64,000 nucleotides of DNA from Planctomycetota bacterium (GCA_024275565.1 JAJRYY010000009.1:636-64635); one strand, 5' to 3'; counted from the stretch's first letter, positions 48,499-57,850 are shown. A program made the numbers and translations. Notes: generated from the letters alone by a model not told the origin.

Positions 48499-50106
48499 AT
48501 GTTGAACGTCGCAATCGGAATGCTGGGCATGATGCGGGATCGCGGGGATGGACCGGATCGGTGGTCGCAATGGCGCCCTACTGTGTCTTTGTGTCAGCAC
48601 GAGGATCTGTTGATCAGCCGTCTCGAACTGCTCGTCGAGACAGGATCGATGGATCTGGCGAATCGGGTGGCAGCCGACGTTCGCTCGGTATCCCCCGAGA
48701 CCGAAGTTCGCCTCCATATGATCGAATTTGGCGATCCATGGGACTTCGAGAATGTCTACAGCGTCCTGCACGGGTTTGCCCTGGATTACCAGTTTGACAC
48801 CGATCAGGAGCGGTATCTGATTCATGTGACCACGGGTACCCATGTCGCTCAAATCTGCACCTACCTGCTGACGGAATCCCGGCATCTTCCCGGGCGGTTG
48901 ATTCAGACGGCGCCTCCGAAGCGGCGTAGTTCTGGGCAGGCTGGCCGGTATACGATTATTGATCTGGATTTGTCGAAATACGATCGAATCGCGCAGCGTT
49001 TTGAAAGCGAGCAGCGCGAAGGATCTGAATTCCTGAAGGCTGGGATTCAGACGCGTAATGTTGCTTTTAATCGCATGATTGACGAGATCGAATATGTGGC
49101 GATCCACTCGCGGGCGCCGATCCTGCTGACGGGTCCGACGGGGGCGGGGAAGTCGAGTCTCGCCCGTCGTATCTTTGATCTGCGGAAGTTGCGGAACAAC
49201 GTTGCGGGTCGTTTTGTGGAGGTCAACTGTGCGACCTTGCGTGGTGACGGAGCGATGTCTGCTCTTTTTGGTCATACGCGTGGATCGTTCACGGGGGCTG
49301 CTCAGGATCGGGCTGGATTGCTGAAGGAAGCCCACCTTGGGATTCTGTTTCTTGATGAGGTTGGCGAGCTGGGTCTGGATGAACAGGCGATGCTCTTGCG
49401 GGCTGTCGAAGAGCATCGTTTTCTTCCGCTTGGATCGGACAAGGAGGTCAGCAGTGATTTTCAGCTGATCTGCGGTACGAATCGCGACCTCGGGGCTGAT
49501 GTCCGGTCGGGTCGATTTCGCAACGATCTGTTGTCCCGGATCAACCTCTGGGCATTTGAACTGCCGGGGTTGGCGCAGCGGCGTGAGGATATTGAACCGA
49601 ACGTTCATTTTTCTCTTGAGCAGGTCACGGTTGCGACGGGCCATCGTTTTCGGTTCAACAAGGAGGCATTGGATATGTTTCTGCGGTTTGCGGAATGTCC
49701 GGATACCCCCTGGACCGGGAATTTTCGAGACCTCGACGCTGCCATAGCCCGGATGGCGACCTTGGCGCCGTCCGGGAGGATTACGGAGGAGGCGGTGGAT
49801 CGTGAGATTGATCGCCTCAAGCGGTCGTGGCGTGATTCTGGAACGTCTGCTTCGGTCGATGGTACGCATGTTCTGGAAGCCCTGCTGGGAGACAGGCTGG
49901 ACGACCTTGACGAATTCGACAGGGTTCAACTCGAGCGTGTGGTGCTGGTCTGTATGGAGTCGCGGTCCTTGTCGGTGGCTGGCCGTCGTTTGTTCGCTGC
50001 CTCAAGGCGTAAGCGGAAGGCGCCGAACGATGCGGATCGCCTTCGGAAGTATTTGTCGCGGTATCGACTGGACTGGTCCATGGTGAAAGACGCTCTTCCC
50101 GGGTGA
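48499..50106 (+). CDS. rtcR: sigma-54-dependent transcriptional activator RtcR
   Basis: RtcR-type N-terminal (CARF-like) domain, AAA+ core with Walker A GPTGAGKS and the sigma-54 contact loop GSFTGA, and a C-terminal HTH. It is divergent from rtcB. Confidence 0.92.
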   Translation: MLNVAIGMLGMMRDRGDGPDRWSQWRPTVSLCQHEDLLISRLELLVETGSMDLANRVAADVRSVSPETEVRLHMIEFGDPWDFENVYSVLHGFALDYQFDTDQERYLIHVTTGTHVAQICTYLLTESRHLPGRLIQTAPPKRRSSGQAGRYTIIDLDLSKYDRIAQRFESEQREGSEFLKAGIQTRNVAFNRMIDEIEYVAIHSRAPILLTGPTGAGKSSLARRIFDLRKLRNNVAGRFVEVNCATLRGDGAMSALFGHTRGSFTGAAQDRAGLLKEAHLGILFLDEVGELGLDEQAMLLRAVEEHRFLPLGSDKEVSSDFQLICGTNRDLGADVRSGRFRNDLLSRINLWAFELPGLAQRREDIEPNVHFSLEQVTVATGHRFRFNKEALDMFLRFAECPDTPWTGNFRDLDAAIARMATLAPSGRITEEAVDREIDRLKRSWRDSGTSASVDGTHVLEALLGDRLDDLDEFDRVQLERVVLVCMESRSLSVAGRRLFAASRRKRKAPNDADRLRKYLSRYRLDWSMVKDALPG

Positions 50107-50114
50107 GTTGAGAA

Positions 50115-50250
50115 ATGGTCCGTACAGTGGGCCCTGCGTCGCGGGACAGGAGATGGTCCGCACAGCGGACCCTGCATCACGGTGGTCCATGTGTCGTGGG
50201 ATTCGTAATGGTCTGTACAGTGGACCCTGCGTCACGGTGGACCCTGCGTC
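50115..50250 (+). repeat. 3.5 copies of the ATGGTCCGTACAGTGGACCCTGCGTC hairpin repeat immediately after the rtcR stop
   Basis: Copies at 50115, 50153 and 50208, plus a partial copy at 50236. The middle copy carries paired substitutions that turn two G-T pairs into G-C pairs. Confidence 0.8.
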
Positions 50251-50321
50251 ACTTTGGAACGGCCACAGTCGGGGGCGGCTGTGCTACATATGCCCTCGCA
50301 TTCACATCTTCGGCAAAGCTG

Positions 50322-51635
50322 TCAGGGGCAGCCTGCGCCCATTCCCGTGAAGACTGATTGAAATGCGCTGTAATCGTCGAGGTCGACATCGCTGTCGGCA
50401 TCGGCGTCAAAACATGCACACTCTGGGGGCAATGCAGCACCGGTCGTGTCAAAACAGGCCTGGAACAAGGCGAAATCGGAGATATCGACATCACAATCGG
50501 CATCGATATCCTGCGGTGGATCGTTACAACCCGATTCGCAATCGTCGGCTATACCGTTGGAGTTGTCGTCTGCACAATCTGTTTCAAACCCGGCCCATGC
50601 GCTGTTGGGGATGATGCTGCAATCCGCATCGGTCAATATAAGACAGTTTCCATTGCTGAGGCAACACGCGCCTTGGGGTTGTGGGCAGATCACGTCATCA
50701 CAGACACTGTCATTCCCCTGAAATACACCGCCCGCAGCTTCACATACATCCGGCGGAACCTCCTCCACACACTGACCTGCCGGCATGCAACACGCACCGG
50801 CTGCGAAGCACTCTATCGCATCGCAGGTCGTCCCCACACCCTGTCGAAATCCTTTGGCGGCGATGCAGTTTTCCGCCGTCAGATCGAGACAACCACCGGA
50901 GAGAAAACAGCACGCCTCCATGGGGTCCGGGCAGTCTATGATACCGCAATCTGTGTTGTTGCCCTGGTAGACCCCGCCAAGCCCGACACACAAACCGCTC
51001 GAAACACCATCCTGACACTCGCCGGTCGGAAGACAGCACCCCCCCATCGGAGCAGCACAATCGACCACCGCACGAATCGCTACATCGCCCTGAAGAAAAG
51101 TGCAAAAATTGATCCACCCCCCCTGAAACGGAGCGAACAACGCATTGCGCCCGCCTTGGCAACCATCTGTATCTCGCAGGATGCTGGGTGTTCCAGCCAG
51201 GATGTTCGTCGCATTCCCGAACTCCAGCGACACAACAAACACTTCACCCTCACTGACGGAGATTGCAAATGGCGTCCCTGCCTTGTCGATGCTGCGGAAC
51301 TCGTTGAGGCTTCCCGGTGTGAGGACCGGACCTTCGAGCTGCAACAGGACCGCTCCTGGGTCGGGAAATGCGCCCTGCGCATAGACCCACATGTTCTCCT
51401 CTAATGTGGGGATGGCTGCTGCGTCTGCTGAAAACCATAAAATCTGGAGTGCAACGATATCCCCATCACAGGGAGAGGTCAGCCAGGCAGCGACCTGCTC
51501 ACTGGCATCGAAATCGCCGACAAGCACCGCCTGCCCGAAATCCACGATCGAATCGTTCAGGACGACCTGCTCCTGTGCGTGGGCCAGTGCAGCAGACATC
51601 GCCAACACAAGAAACCCGTTGAATGTGTTTCTCAT
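50322..51635 (-). CDS. secreted protein with four Cys-rich ~40-aa modules and a C-terminal dockerin/EF-hand-like tag
   Basis: Signal peptide (MRNTFNGFLVLAMSAALAHA) from the ATG at 51635. Modules have the form xxCC..G.C......C...GG.(F/Y)QG....C....C. C-terminus DIDADCDVDISDFALFQACF...FDADADSDVDLDDYSAFQSVFTG. Confidence 0.75.
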   Translation of the reverse strand: MRNTFNGFLVLAMSAALAHAQEQVVLNDSIVDFGQAVLVGDFDASEQVAAWLTSPCDGDIVALQILWFSADAAAIPTLEENMWVYAQGAFPDPGAVLLQLEGPVLTPGSLNEFRSIDKAGTPFAISVSEGEVFVVSLEFGNATNILAGTPSILRDTDGCQGGRNALFAPFQGGWINFCTFLQGDVAIRAVVDCAAPMGGCCLPTGECQDGVSSGLCVGLGGVYQGNNTDCGIIDCPDPMEACCFLSGGCLDLTAENCIAAKGFRQGVGTTCDAIECFAAGACCMPAGQCVEEVPPDVCEAAGGVFQGNDSVCDDVICPQPQGACCLSNGNCLILTDADCSIIPNSAWAGFETDCADDNSNGIADDCESGCNDPPQDIDADCDVDISDFALFQACFDTTGAALPPECACFDADADSDVDLDDYSAFQSVFTGMGAGCP

Positions 51636-51964
51636 GATATCAACTCGTTGAACCATAGATCGACTGCATAGCATCATCTTTTTATCGGACCTCGTTACAG
51701 CAAACTCACTTGATCGCACACACATGCACCTGTCGCACGTTCATGCACCTGTCGCATGTCGCGGACAACGCGAGACGCACCAGGTTATTCTTGCAAAGCA
51801 CATGACGATTTTCAATGCGATAATGAGATAAAGGTGCGAACTCGCCAGTTTCGCACGCTGGAAGTGTCATCAATTGAAGAATTTGCACCCTTTGACGGTG
51901 CGAAATCCGCCTTTCATCGCCGGAAGCAATGTGCCGGCTGGGTCGTTTGCTTCAGTGGATGGTA

Positions 51965-52043
51965 TCGCACGCTCTGGTGTAGCATCACGCTCTGGTGTGC
52001 ATCTTGCTCTGGTGTGGGATTTTGCTCTGGTGTGCATCTTGCT
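51965..52043. repeat. about 4.5 copies of a 17-18-bp tandem repeat directly downstream of the TPR-gene stop
   Basis: The core gctctggtgt occurs at 51971, 51989, 52006 and 52024. Confidence 0.75.
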
Positions 52044-55000
52044 TTATGGAGCGGTATCGCCCCGGCGTACATCCTGCATCGCTCTTTGGATGAGAGGTCG
52101 ATAATGTGTGCCGACACCTTCCTTGATGAGGTTTTCCGCTCCTTCCAGCAATGATTTTGCTTTGTCGAGGTCGCCTGAGCGTCGGTAGGCTTCTGCGAGG
52201 TGGTAAATGGCGGGGACGTATTGCCGTTCCTTTTCGAGCAGCTTTGTGAGGAGTGCGATGGCTTCCGGATATTCTCCGAGCTTGACGTGCGTCCATGCGA
52301 GCGTGTCCTTGACGGTTGGATGCCCATGGACCTGGGCTGCGCGCTGTGCGTAGGCGAGTGCGTCGCGCGGTCGATCCATTTTATCGCTCAGGAGGAATGC
52401 GAGGTTGTTGAGTCCTATAATGTTGGTGTCGCTTATTTCCAGCAGGGCTTCATAGGTTTGCCTCGCGTTCTCGTAGTCTTCCTGCCGCTCATAGACGTTG
52501 CCAAGTCTGGCAAGGATGTAGATTTTCTCGGCATCGATGTTCGATGTTTCGATGATGCCCTGCATCAATGCTATTGCTTCTGAATCCTGCTCAAAATGTG
52601 CGCGGAGAATGGCGAGGATGTGGCGTTGTGCCCGCTCGAGCGTCGGGTCATCCAGTTTTTCGCTGAACAAGCCGACGGATTCTTCCTTGTCACACGAGCG
52701 AATGACGGCGACTCCGATTTCTTCCAGTGGACGTAATGTGCCGAACCCGGAATCTCGGAACGCCTTCAGGAACAATGGTACTGCCAATTCGAGCTGCCCG
52801 GTGTGTGCCAGCAGTTCGGCGTATCTTGCCTGAATGATCGTGTTAATTTTATCCTCAGGGACGACCTCCTTGTAGTATGTCAGCCCGCGATCGTATTGCT
52901 TCAGGGTGATGTATGCGCCAAGGAGGGATGCGACCTGGTCGGAATCGTATCCACTTAGTTTGGCTGCCTTCTCGTAGTCGACTATCGCGCTGGCTGCATC
53001 GCCGACCTTCATCTTCAACTCGCCGCGCTGGGTCACCCAGTAGGGATTGTCCTTGTAGCGATTTGCCATGGACGTCACTATGCGAATTGCGTCTGTATAT
53101 CTGTCATGTACCTGATACATGGCGACGAGATGTTTCGCCACCTTGATGGCTGACGGATCGTCGCGCAGAATTGATTCGAGCCCCTGGAACGCGAGTTCAA
53201 GATTGTGGACGAGTGCATACCCATCCGCCAACAGCAGACGTGACTCGTAGTTCTGGAATTTCGGATCGACGCTTCTGATGCGTTCGAGCTCACGGATCGC
53301 GATAGGCCAACGCCCCTGTGAACCGTACAAGCGCGCTCGCTGCAAGGTTGCGTTGAGATCGTCTGGATGCCTGTCGAGATAGCGCGAGAGGTGTTCGATG
53401 GCGTCATCGACGCGGCCTGAGACGATTGAGACTGCGCTGTTGAGCAACATCACGTTCGGATCTTCCGGGTAACGCCGCTCAAAATCCTCGACGGCCTGCT
53501 GTGCGAGTTCCTTCTGGTGTGTTCGGAAAAACAGGTCGATTTTTCGACGCCGGAATTGAATGGCGATCTGTGTGGATTTCTGATCTGCGAGGTTGATTGC
53601 CCGATCGTACCATTCCAAAGCCGCTTCGAAGTCGCGTGCGTCAGTTTTAAAGGTGGCGAATGCAGCACACACTTCCAGGAATTCACCATGCGAGGCTGCG
53701 CGTTGCAGTGCGGCTTCTGCCCGTTTCATGTCGCCCTGCACATGCCAATGTTCTGCGAGAAGAAGCTCTGCTTTTGCTTTGGATTCCGGATCGGTCGCTT
53801 TTTTCGCATACCCCTGCAAGACCTCGAGGGCGCGATCGGTCTCACCAATGGAGCGGAAGAATTTTGCGGCGATCAGGATCGTGTTGATGCGTGTGTCGGG
53901 TATTTTGAGGGCGTCATCGAAACATGCGACGGCATTTGGAATCTGCTTGGTGCGGATGTAGAGGTCCGCCAGCGCGATGAGATTTTCAACATTGGATGGC
54001 TGACTTGCCCGAATACGCTCTCGTCTCTGGATGCCCTCCACAGGCGTGGATTTTTCGCGAAGCGTCAGCAACTGAGACTGGACCCACGAATCGTTGGGGA
54101 TCAGTTTGTCGCAATATTGAAGCCGCCGCACCAGCTCTTGCGGATTTCCCTGGACCGATGCGATGATCGCCAGCCCCTTTTGCGCCGCGCCGAGGTTTGG
54201 ATTGGCTTCTACTGCCCTTGTAAAGTAGGTGCTTGCCTCGATGATGCGCGGCGGGGTGACAGACATTTGCGACTGCGCCATCAAGGTGAGCACATCGGCA
54301 TTGGTGGGCTGCTTCTCCAACGCCAGCTTGAACGATGAAATCGCCCCCTCATGGTCGCCCAGGACCTGGTACACACGGCCGCGATACGAGAGGCCGTCCG
54401 CCCCGTCGATGTTTTCCTTCACGGCGGCTTGAACAATGGATTCCATCTCTTCTTCGTCGCGGGCTTCGGCGGCGGCGGCGAAACGTCGGTCCAGGATTTC
54501 GCGGAGGAATTTCTGCCGTATCCCCTGATTTACGTTTGATTCGGGGGCGAGAAGTGCCGTTTGTGCAAGCTTGAGTGCAGCGACGTATGCGTCACGATTG
54601 CCATGCTGCAATTCAAGCTTGGCGATGCGGAAATTCCGTTCAAAATCGCTGGGAATCTCTTCGATCACCTTCATCTGGGCGTCATATCGCACCTCAGGAG
54701 CCATGTCTGGATCAGACACAGTCTCAAGCATCTTGAGGACCACGCTGTCTGGAGATTCTGCCATCCCACGGCGCACCAAAGTCAGCGCCTTGTCGTTCTG
54801 TTTCGCCTCATTGAGAATCTGCACCGCAAGCCGCAGGCAGGTGATGTTGGCTGGTTCATTTTGCAGCAGAGACTCGAGTATGGGCATTGCATCTGCCCCC
54901 TTGCCTGCGTCGTATAGCGCCTTGGCTTCCCGGTACAGATCGACCGGGGCTTCACGGAAGTAACTGTCGCGAATCGCGTTTGCAAGCTCCACCTGTCCGC

Positions 55001-56549
55001 GCCGCTGCAACGCCGTCATCTTCACGCGCAGTGCTTCTCGATTCTCCGGACTGCGTCGCAGGGCTTCGTCGACGGCTTGCAACGCCATCATGTCTTTGTT
55101 TGTCTCCAGCAAGATCTGTCCGTACAGCACCCAGCAGGAGGCGTCGGCTGTGTCATCGCCAATCGCATCGGCGATGGCTGACTCCGCGGCGCCTGGGCTT
55201 CCGCTTCGCAACAGGAGCTGTGCGAGCAAGCGACTGTTCTGCCAGTTTGGCTTTCCAAATTGCTTCCTCGCGTGCTCAAGAAGCGTGATCGCCTCGCGCT
55301 CGCGCCCCTGCCCGACTCGAATCTTGCCCATCGTGTGCAGACCTGGACCCTGATCCGGAAATTCACCCGATGCCAGCACTGCAAAACCCTCAGCACGATC
55401 GAGAACCTCTGTGTACTCCTCCGAACCGGGATCGACTGTGGCTGCGTGTGCGAGACATTCTTCGGCGGCTTTTATCATGGTCAGATAAAGTGCGAACTTG
55501 CGCTGGAAGGTTTTGAATCCTTCGCGTCTGATGCCGAGATCGATGCGACTCTGACAGATTTTTACTGCTTCAAGATGATCGCCCTGGTATCCCGAAAGCT
55601 CGGCCAGGAGCATGTATGGCATGAACCCCCTGTCGTAGATGGCGATGCTTTCTTCCAGCAGCTTCCTGGCGTTGTTGTAGTACTGCTCTGCTTCTTTCGC
55701 CAGGGCAGGGTCTCGTACAACCTTGTACCAGCGAGCCACCCAGTACTGGGCAAACTGAGATTTGACATTGCCCGCGATTTCAGGATCGTCCCCGGAAAAT
55801 TGCTCCGCTGCACGGAAATATTTCAATGCGTCTTCGTGCTTGTTGTTGGCAGAAAGATACCGGGCAAACGTGTAACGCACACGCGCAGCCTCCTCGCCAG
55901 GCGTCTGGTGAACTTCGATCAGGCGTTTCAGTATGTTTTCTGCTTCCTCGGTGCGACCTTCAAGATGGATGATGCTCGCCATCGACAGCGCATACTTGAC
56001 TACGTTTGGAGCAACCCGGACCGCTCGGCGAATGTAGTCAATCCCCTCCCGACGATTTCCGCCGTCCTTCTCTGACAGACGCAACAATGCCGTCCCCAGA
56101 CTGTAAAGCCCGAGCGGATTCTCCTGGTCGACTGCGAGCAATTCCTCGGATGCTTTTTTGACGCGTAACCAGCCTGCCGGCGTGCTGTGCATTTCCACCA
56201 GCTGGTTGGCTTTCTCGATGCCTTTTTCATGCGCCTCGACCAGGGAAGGGTCCTGATTGATCGCCTTCACCCAGAGCTCCCATGCCCCCTCGTCGTCGCC
56301 CTTCTCGTCGAGCATCTTTCCGGCTTCGACATAATACTTCGCGTCTCCGGAAACATTGGCTGCACGCATGTAAAAACTCTTGGCTTGCAACCAGTCGTTC
56401 TCGCTGGCACATTTCTTCGCCAGCTCAACATAGTGCGTTGGATCTGTCTGTCTCAGCGACAGAACCATGATCACGCCCACCGCTGTCATCACCACAAATC
56501 CTGCAAACGTCAGAGCACCGACGAGTGGCTTGTTTATTTTCCTGGCCAT
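52044..56549 (-). CDS. 1501-aa membrane-anchored tetratricopeptide-repeat protein
   Basis: N-terminal TM anchor (LVGALTFAGFVVMTAVGVIMVL), then TPR-like A/L/Y/E-rich 34-aa periodicity along nearly the whole length. Confidence 0.85.
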   Translation of the reverse strand: MARKINKPLVGALTFAGFVVMTAVGVIMVLSLRQTDPTHYVELAKKCASENDWLQAKSFYMRAANVSGDAKYYVEAGKMLDEKGDDEGAWELWVKAINQDPSLVEAHEKGIEKANQLVEMHSTPAGWLRVKKASEELLAVDQENPLGLYSLGTALLRLSEKDGGNRREGIDYIRRAVRVAPNVVKYALSMASIIHLEGRTEEAENILKRLIEVHQTPGEEAARVRYTFARYLSANNKHEDALKYFRAAEQFSGDDPEIAGNVKSQFAQYWVARWYKVVRDPALAKEAEQYYNNARKLLEESIAIYDRGFMPYMLLAELSGYQGDHLEAVKICQSRIDLGIRREGFKTFQRKFALYLTMIKAAEECLAHAATVDPGSEEYTEVLDRAEGFAVLASGEFPDQGPGLHTMGKIRVGQGREREAITLLEHARKQFGKPNWQNSRLLAQLLLRSGSPGAAESAIADAIGDDTADASCWVLYGQILLETNKDMMALQAVDEALRRSPENREALRVKMTALQRRGQVELANAIRDSYFREAPVDLYREAKALYDAGKGADAMPILESLLQNEPANITCLRLAVQILNEAKQNDKALTLVRRGMAESPDSVVLKMLETVSDPDMAPEVRYDAQMKVIEEIPSDFERNFRIAKLELQHGNRDAYVAALKLAQTALLAPESNVNQGIRQKFLREILDRRFAAAAEARDEEEMESIVQAAVKENIDGADGLSYRGRVYQVLGDHEGAISSFKLALEKQPTNADVLTLMAQSQMSVTPPRIIEASTYFTRAVEANPNLGAAQKGLAIIASVQGNPQELVRRLQYCDKLIPNDSWVQSQLLTLREKSTPVEGIQRRERIRASQPSNVENLIALADLYIRTKQIPNAVACFDDALKIPDTRINTILIAAKFFRSIGETDRALEVLQGYAKKATDPESKAKAELLLAEHWHVQGDMKRAEAALQRAASHGEFLEVCAAFATFKTDARDFEAALEWYDRAINLADQKSTQIAIQFRRRKIDLFFRTHQKELAQQAVEDFERRYPEDPNVMLLNSAVSIVSGRVDDAIEHLSRYLDRHPDDLNATLQRARLYGSQGRWPIAIRELERIRSVDPKFQNYESRLLLADGYALVHNLELAFQGLESILRDDPSAIKVAKHLVAMYQVHDRYTDAIRIVTSMANRYKDNPYWVTQRGELKMKVGDAASAIVDYEKAAKLSGYDSDQVASLLGAYITLKQYDRGLTYYKEVVPEDKINTIIQARYAELLAHTGQLELAVPLFLKAFRDSGFGTLRPLEEIGVAVIRSCDKEESVGLFSEKLDDPTLERAQRHILAILRAHFEQDSEAIALMQGIIETSNIDAEKIYILARLGNVYERQEDYENARQTYEALLEISDTNIIGLNNLAFLLSDKMDRPRDALAYAQRAAQVHGHPTVKDTLAWTHVKLGEYPEAIALLTKLLEKERQYVPAIYHLAEAYRRSGDLDKAKSLLEGAENLIKEGVGTHYRPLIQRAMQDVRRGDTAP

Positions 56550-56675
56550 AATGCGAGATCACTCCGTACGGGTCATGCTTGCAGATCAAAAGTGCACACC
56601 AGTTAGACGCTTCCTACCAAAAAACGCACCAAGCTTCCTGCTCAGTCTTACTGCTCAGTCTTTCTGTCCATCTTC

Positions 56676-57470
56676 CTACAAAGCTTCCTGATCGTCTTCC
56701 AGTTCGGCTTCCTGTTCAGCTTCCAGTTCAGCTTCCTTGATCGCCTTCCAGTCAGGCCAATGTTCTTCAATCAGCAAGGGCAGGATGCGCGACAATATCT
56801 CGCGTGTCTCCTCGATCGCCTCTTCACGCGTTGGGAATGTCACCGTCCCGACGGTCACCTCAACCTTGCTATAGTATGCCTGACTGTCGTATGGGTTCGT
56901 AATCGCGCGAATGATCTCGCCTCGTCTGGCTGCAAATTTTCCATTCGCGTGGAACGTATAGATCACGGTCATGCTTGCGCTGTTGAAAATGCCCGTTTTC
57001 ACGAACGTAAGAACGCGAACCGTCACTTCCTTATCACCCTTCAGCGTGGGGATGGTCAGCGTGACGTAATCCTGCGAATCTGCCTCATAACCAGAAGCTG
57101 CCAGGCAAATATCGGGCGTGTGCAGATGCCGCTCGGTATTTCCGGGGTAGTAGGTCACCGACACCCGCGCGTAACGGCGCGGATCGTCGGGAGAATCGAG
57201 TTTCGTATTTTCCAGTACCCAGTTGATGTACTGATCCGTGCCAAGGGTCTCGACCACCGAAGATTCGAGCTGGTGAGATTTCACAAGATGGTATTTTCCA
57301 AGACGCCGCTCATCGAGTTGAGAGAGGGGTTTCCGAAGCTGAGCAGCCACCTTTTCCGTCGATACCCGGACGAGGCGTGCAAGGGGTTGCAATCCCAGGG
57401 CTGTAACACCCAGCAACATCGTGCAGATGAGAAACGGTTTGTTAAAAAAAGGAGGTGCCTGCTGACTCAT
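56676..57470 (-). CDS. EpsI-like (exosortase-associated, DUF3485-type) protein
   Basis: N-terminal TM helix and an EpsI-type motif HTPDICLAASGYE preceded by RVSVTYYPGN. The C-terminal tail is acidic (EAELEAEQEAELEDDQEAL). Confidence 0.65.
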   Translation of the reverse strand: MSQQAPPFFNKPFLICTMLLGVTALGLQPLARLVRVSTEKVAAQLRKPLSQLDERRLGKYHLVKSHQLESSVVETLGTDQYINWVLENTKLDSPDDPRRYARVSVTYYPGNTERHLHTPDICLAASGYEADSQDYVTLTIPTLKGDKEVTVRVLTFVKTGIFNSASMTVIYTFHANGKFAARRGEIIRAITNPYDSQAYYSKVEVTVGTVTFPTREEAIEETREILSRILPLLIEEHWPDWKAIKEAELEAEQEAELEDDQEAL

Positions 57471-57653
57471 TTCATCAATCGCTGTAAACTGTTTATCGAC
57501 AATGCTTTAGAAGATTCGTACGCATTCGAAGCACTTCCGGGGCATAGGATTATCGGGCCTTGCTTAAAGGTTACTCCGCCACCGAATACCGGTCAATTGT
57601 CCCGGGCATCGCTACCACCGGGAGACCGGATACTGGTCAATCGGAAGACCACC

Positions 57654-57850
57654 CTCGTCAATCCATGCTGGAGTCTCGTCAATCCGTGCTCGAGTATTGC
57701 GAATCCTGCCATGTCGGGCAGTGAGACGTCCGGGGCTGCACTCAACCGCTCCCCCATCTTCCATGATTCCCCTGTGCTCCCCGCACTCCCTGTGCTCCCC
57801 GCACTCCCTGTACCCCCTGCACTCGCTGTACTCCCTACCCTCCCTGTACG
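57654..57850. repeat. two different tandem-repeat arrays in a 464-bp gene-free spacer
   Basis: A 21-bp unit ctcgtcaatccRtgctSgag occurs twice (57654-57695). An 18-bp unit tccctgtgctccccgcac occurs about 4.5 times (57768-57850). Confidence 0.8.

Noticed and set aside
48283-49929. Very long antisense ORFs opposite confirmed genes. Examples: 48283-49929 opposite rtcR, 994-1833 opposite yajC/tgt, 9090-9917 and 9923-10834 opposite pyrH/tsf, 36003-36725 opposite the UbiA gene, 44098-44844 opposite SPFH, 45729-46502 opposite rtcA, 47097-47762 opposite rtcB, 25321-26406, 50358-51404 and 56760-57896.
   Set aside because: Their translations are R/P/H/T-rich with no motifs, while the opposite strand carries unmistakable conserved proteins. 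This is the usual shadow-ORF effect in GC-rich DNA.
51402-51413. An internal IPTL tetrapeptide (DAAAIPTLEEN) in the Cys-rich secreted protein, considered as a second IPTL-type sorting signal.
   Set aside because: It lies in the N-terminal third of the protein and is not followed by a TM helix or an Arg cluster, so it is a chance match.
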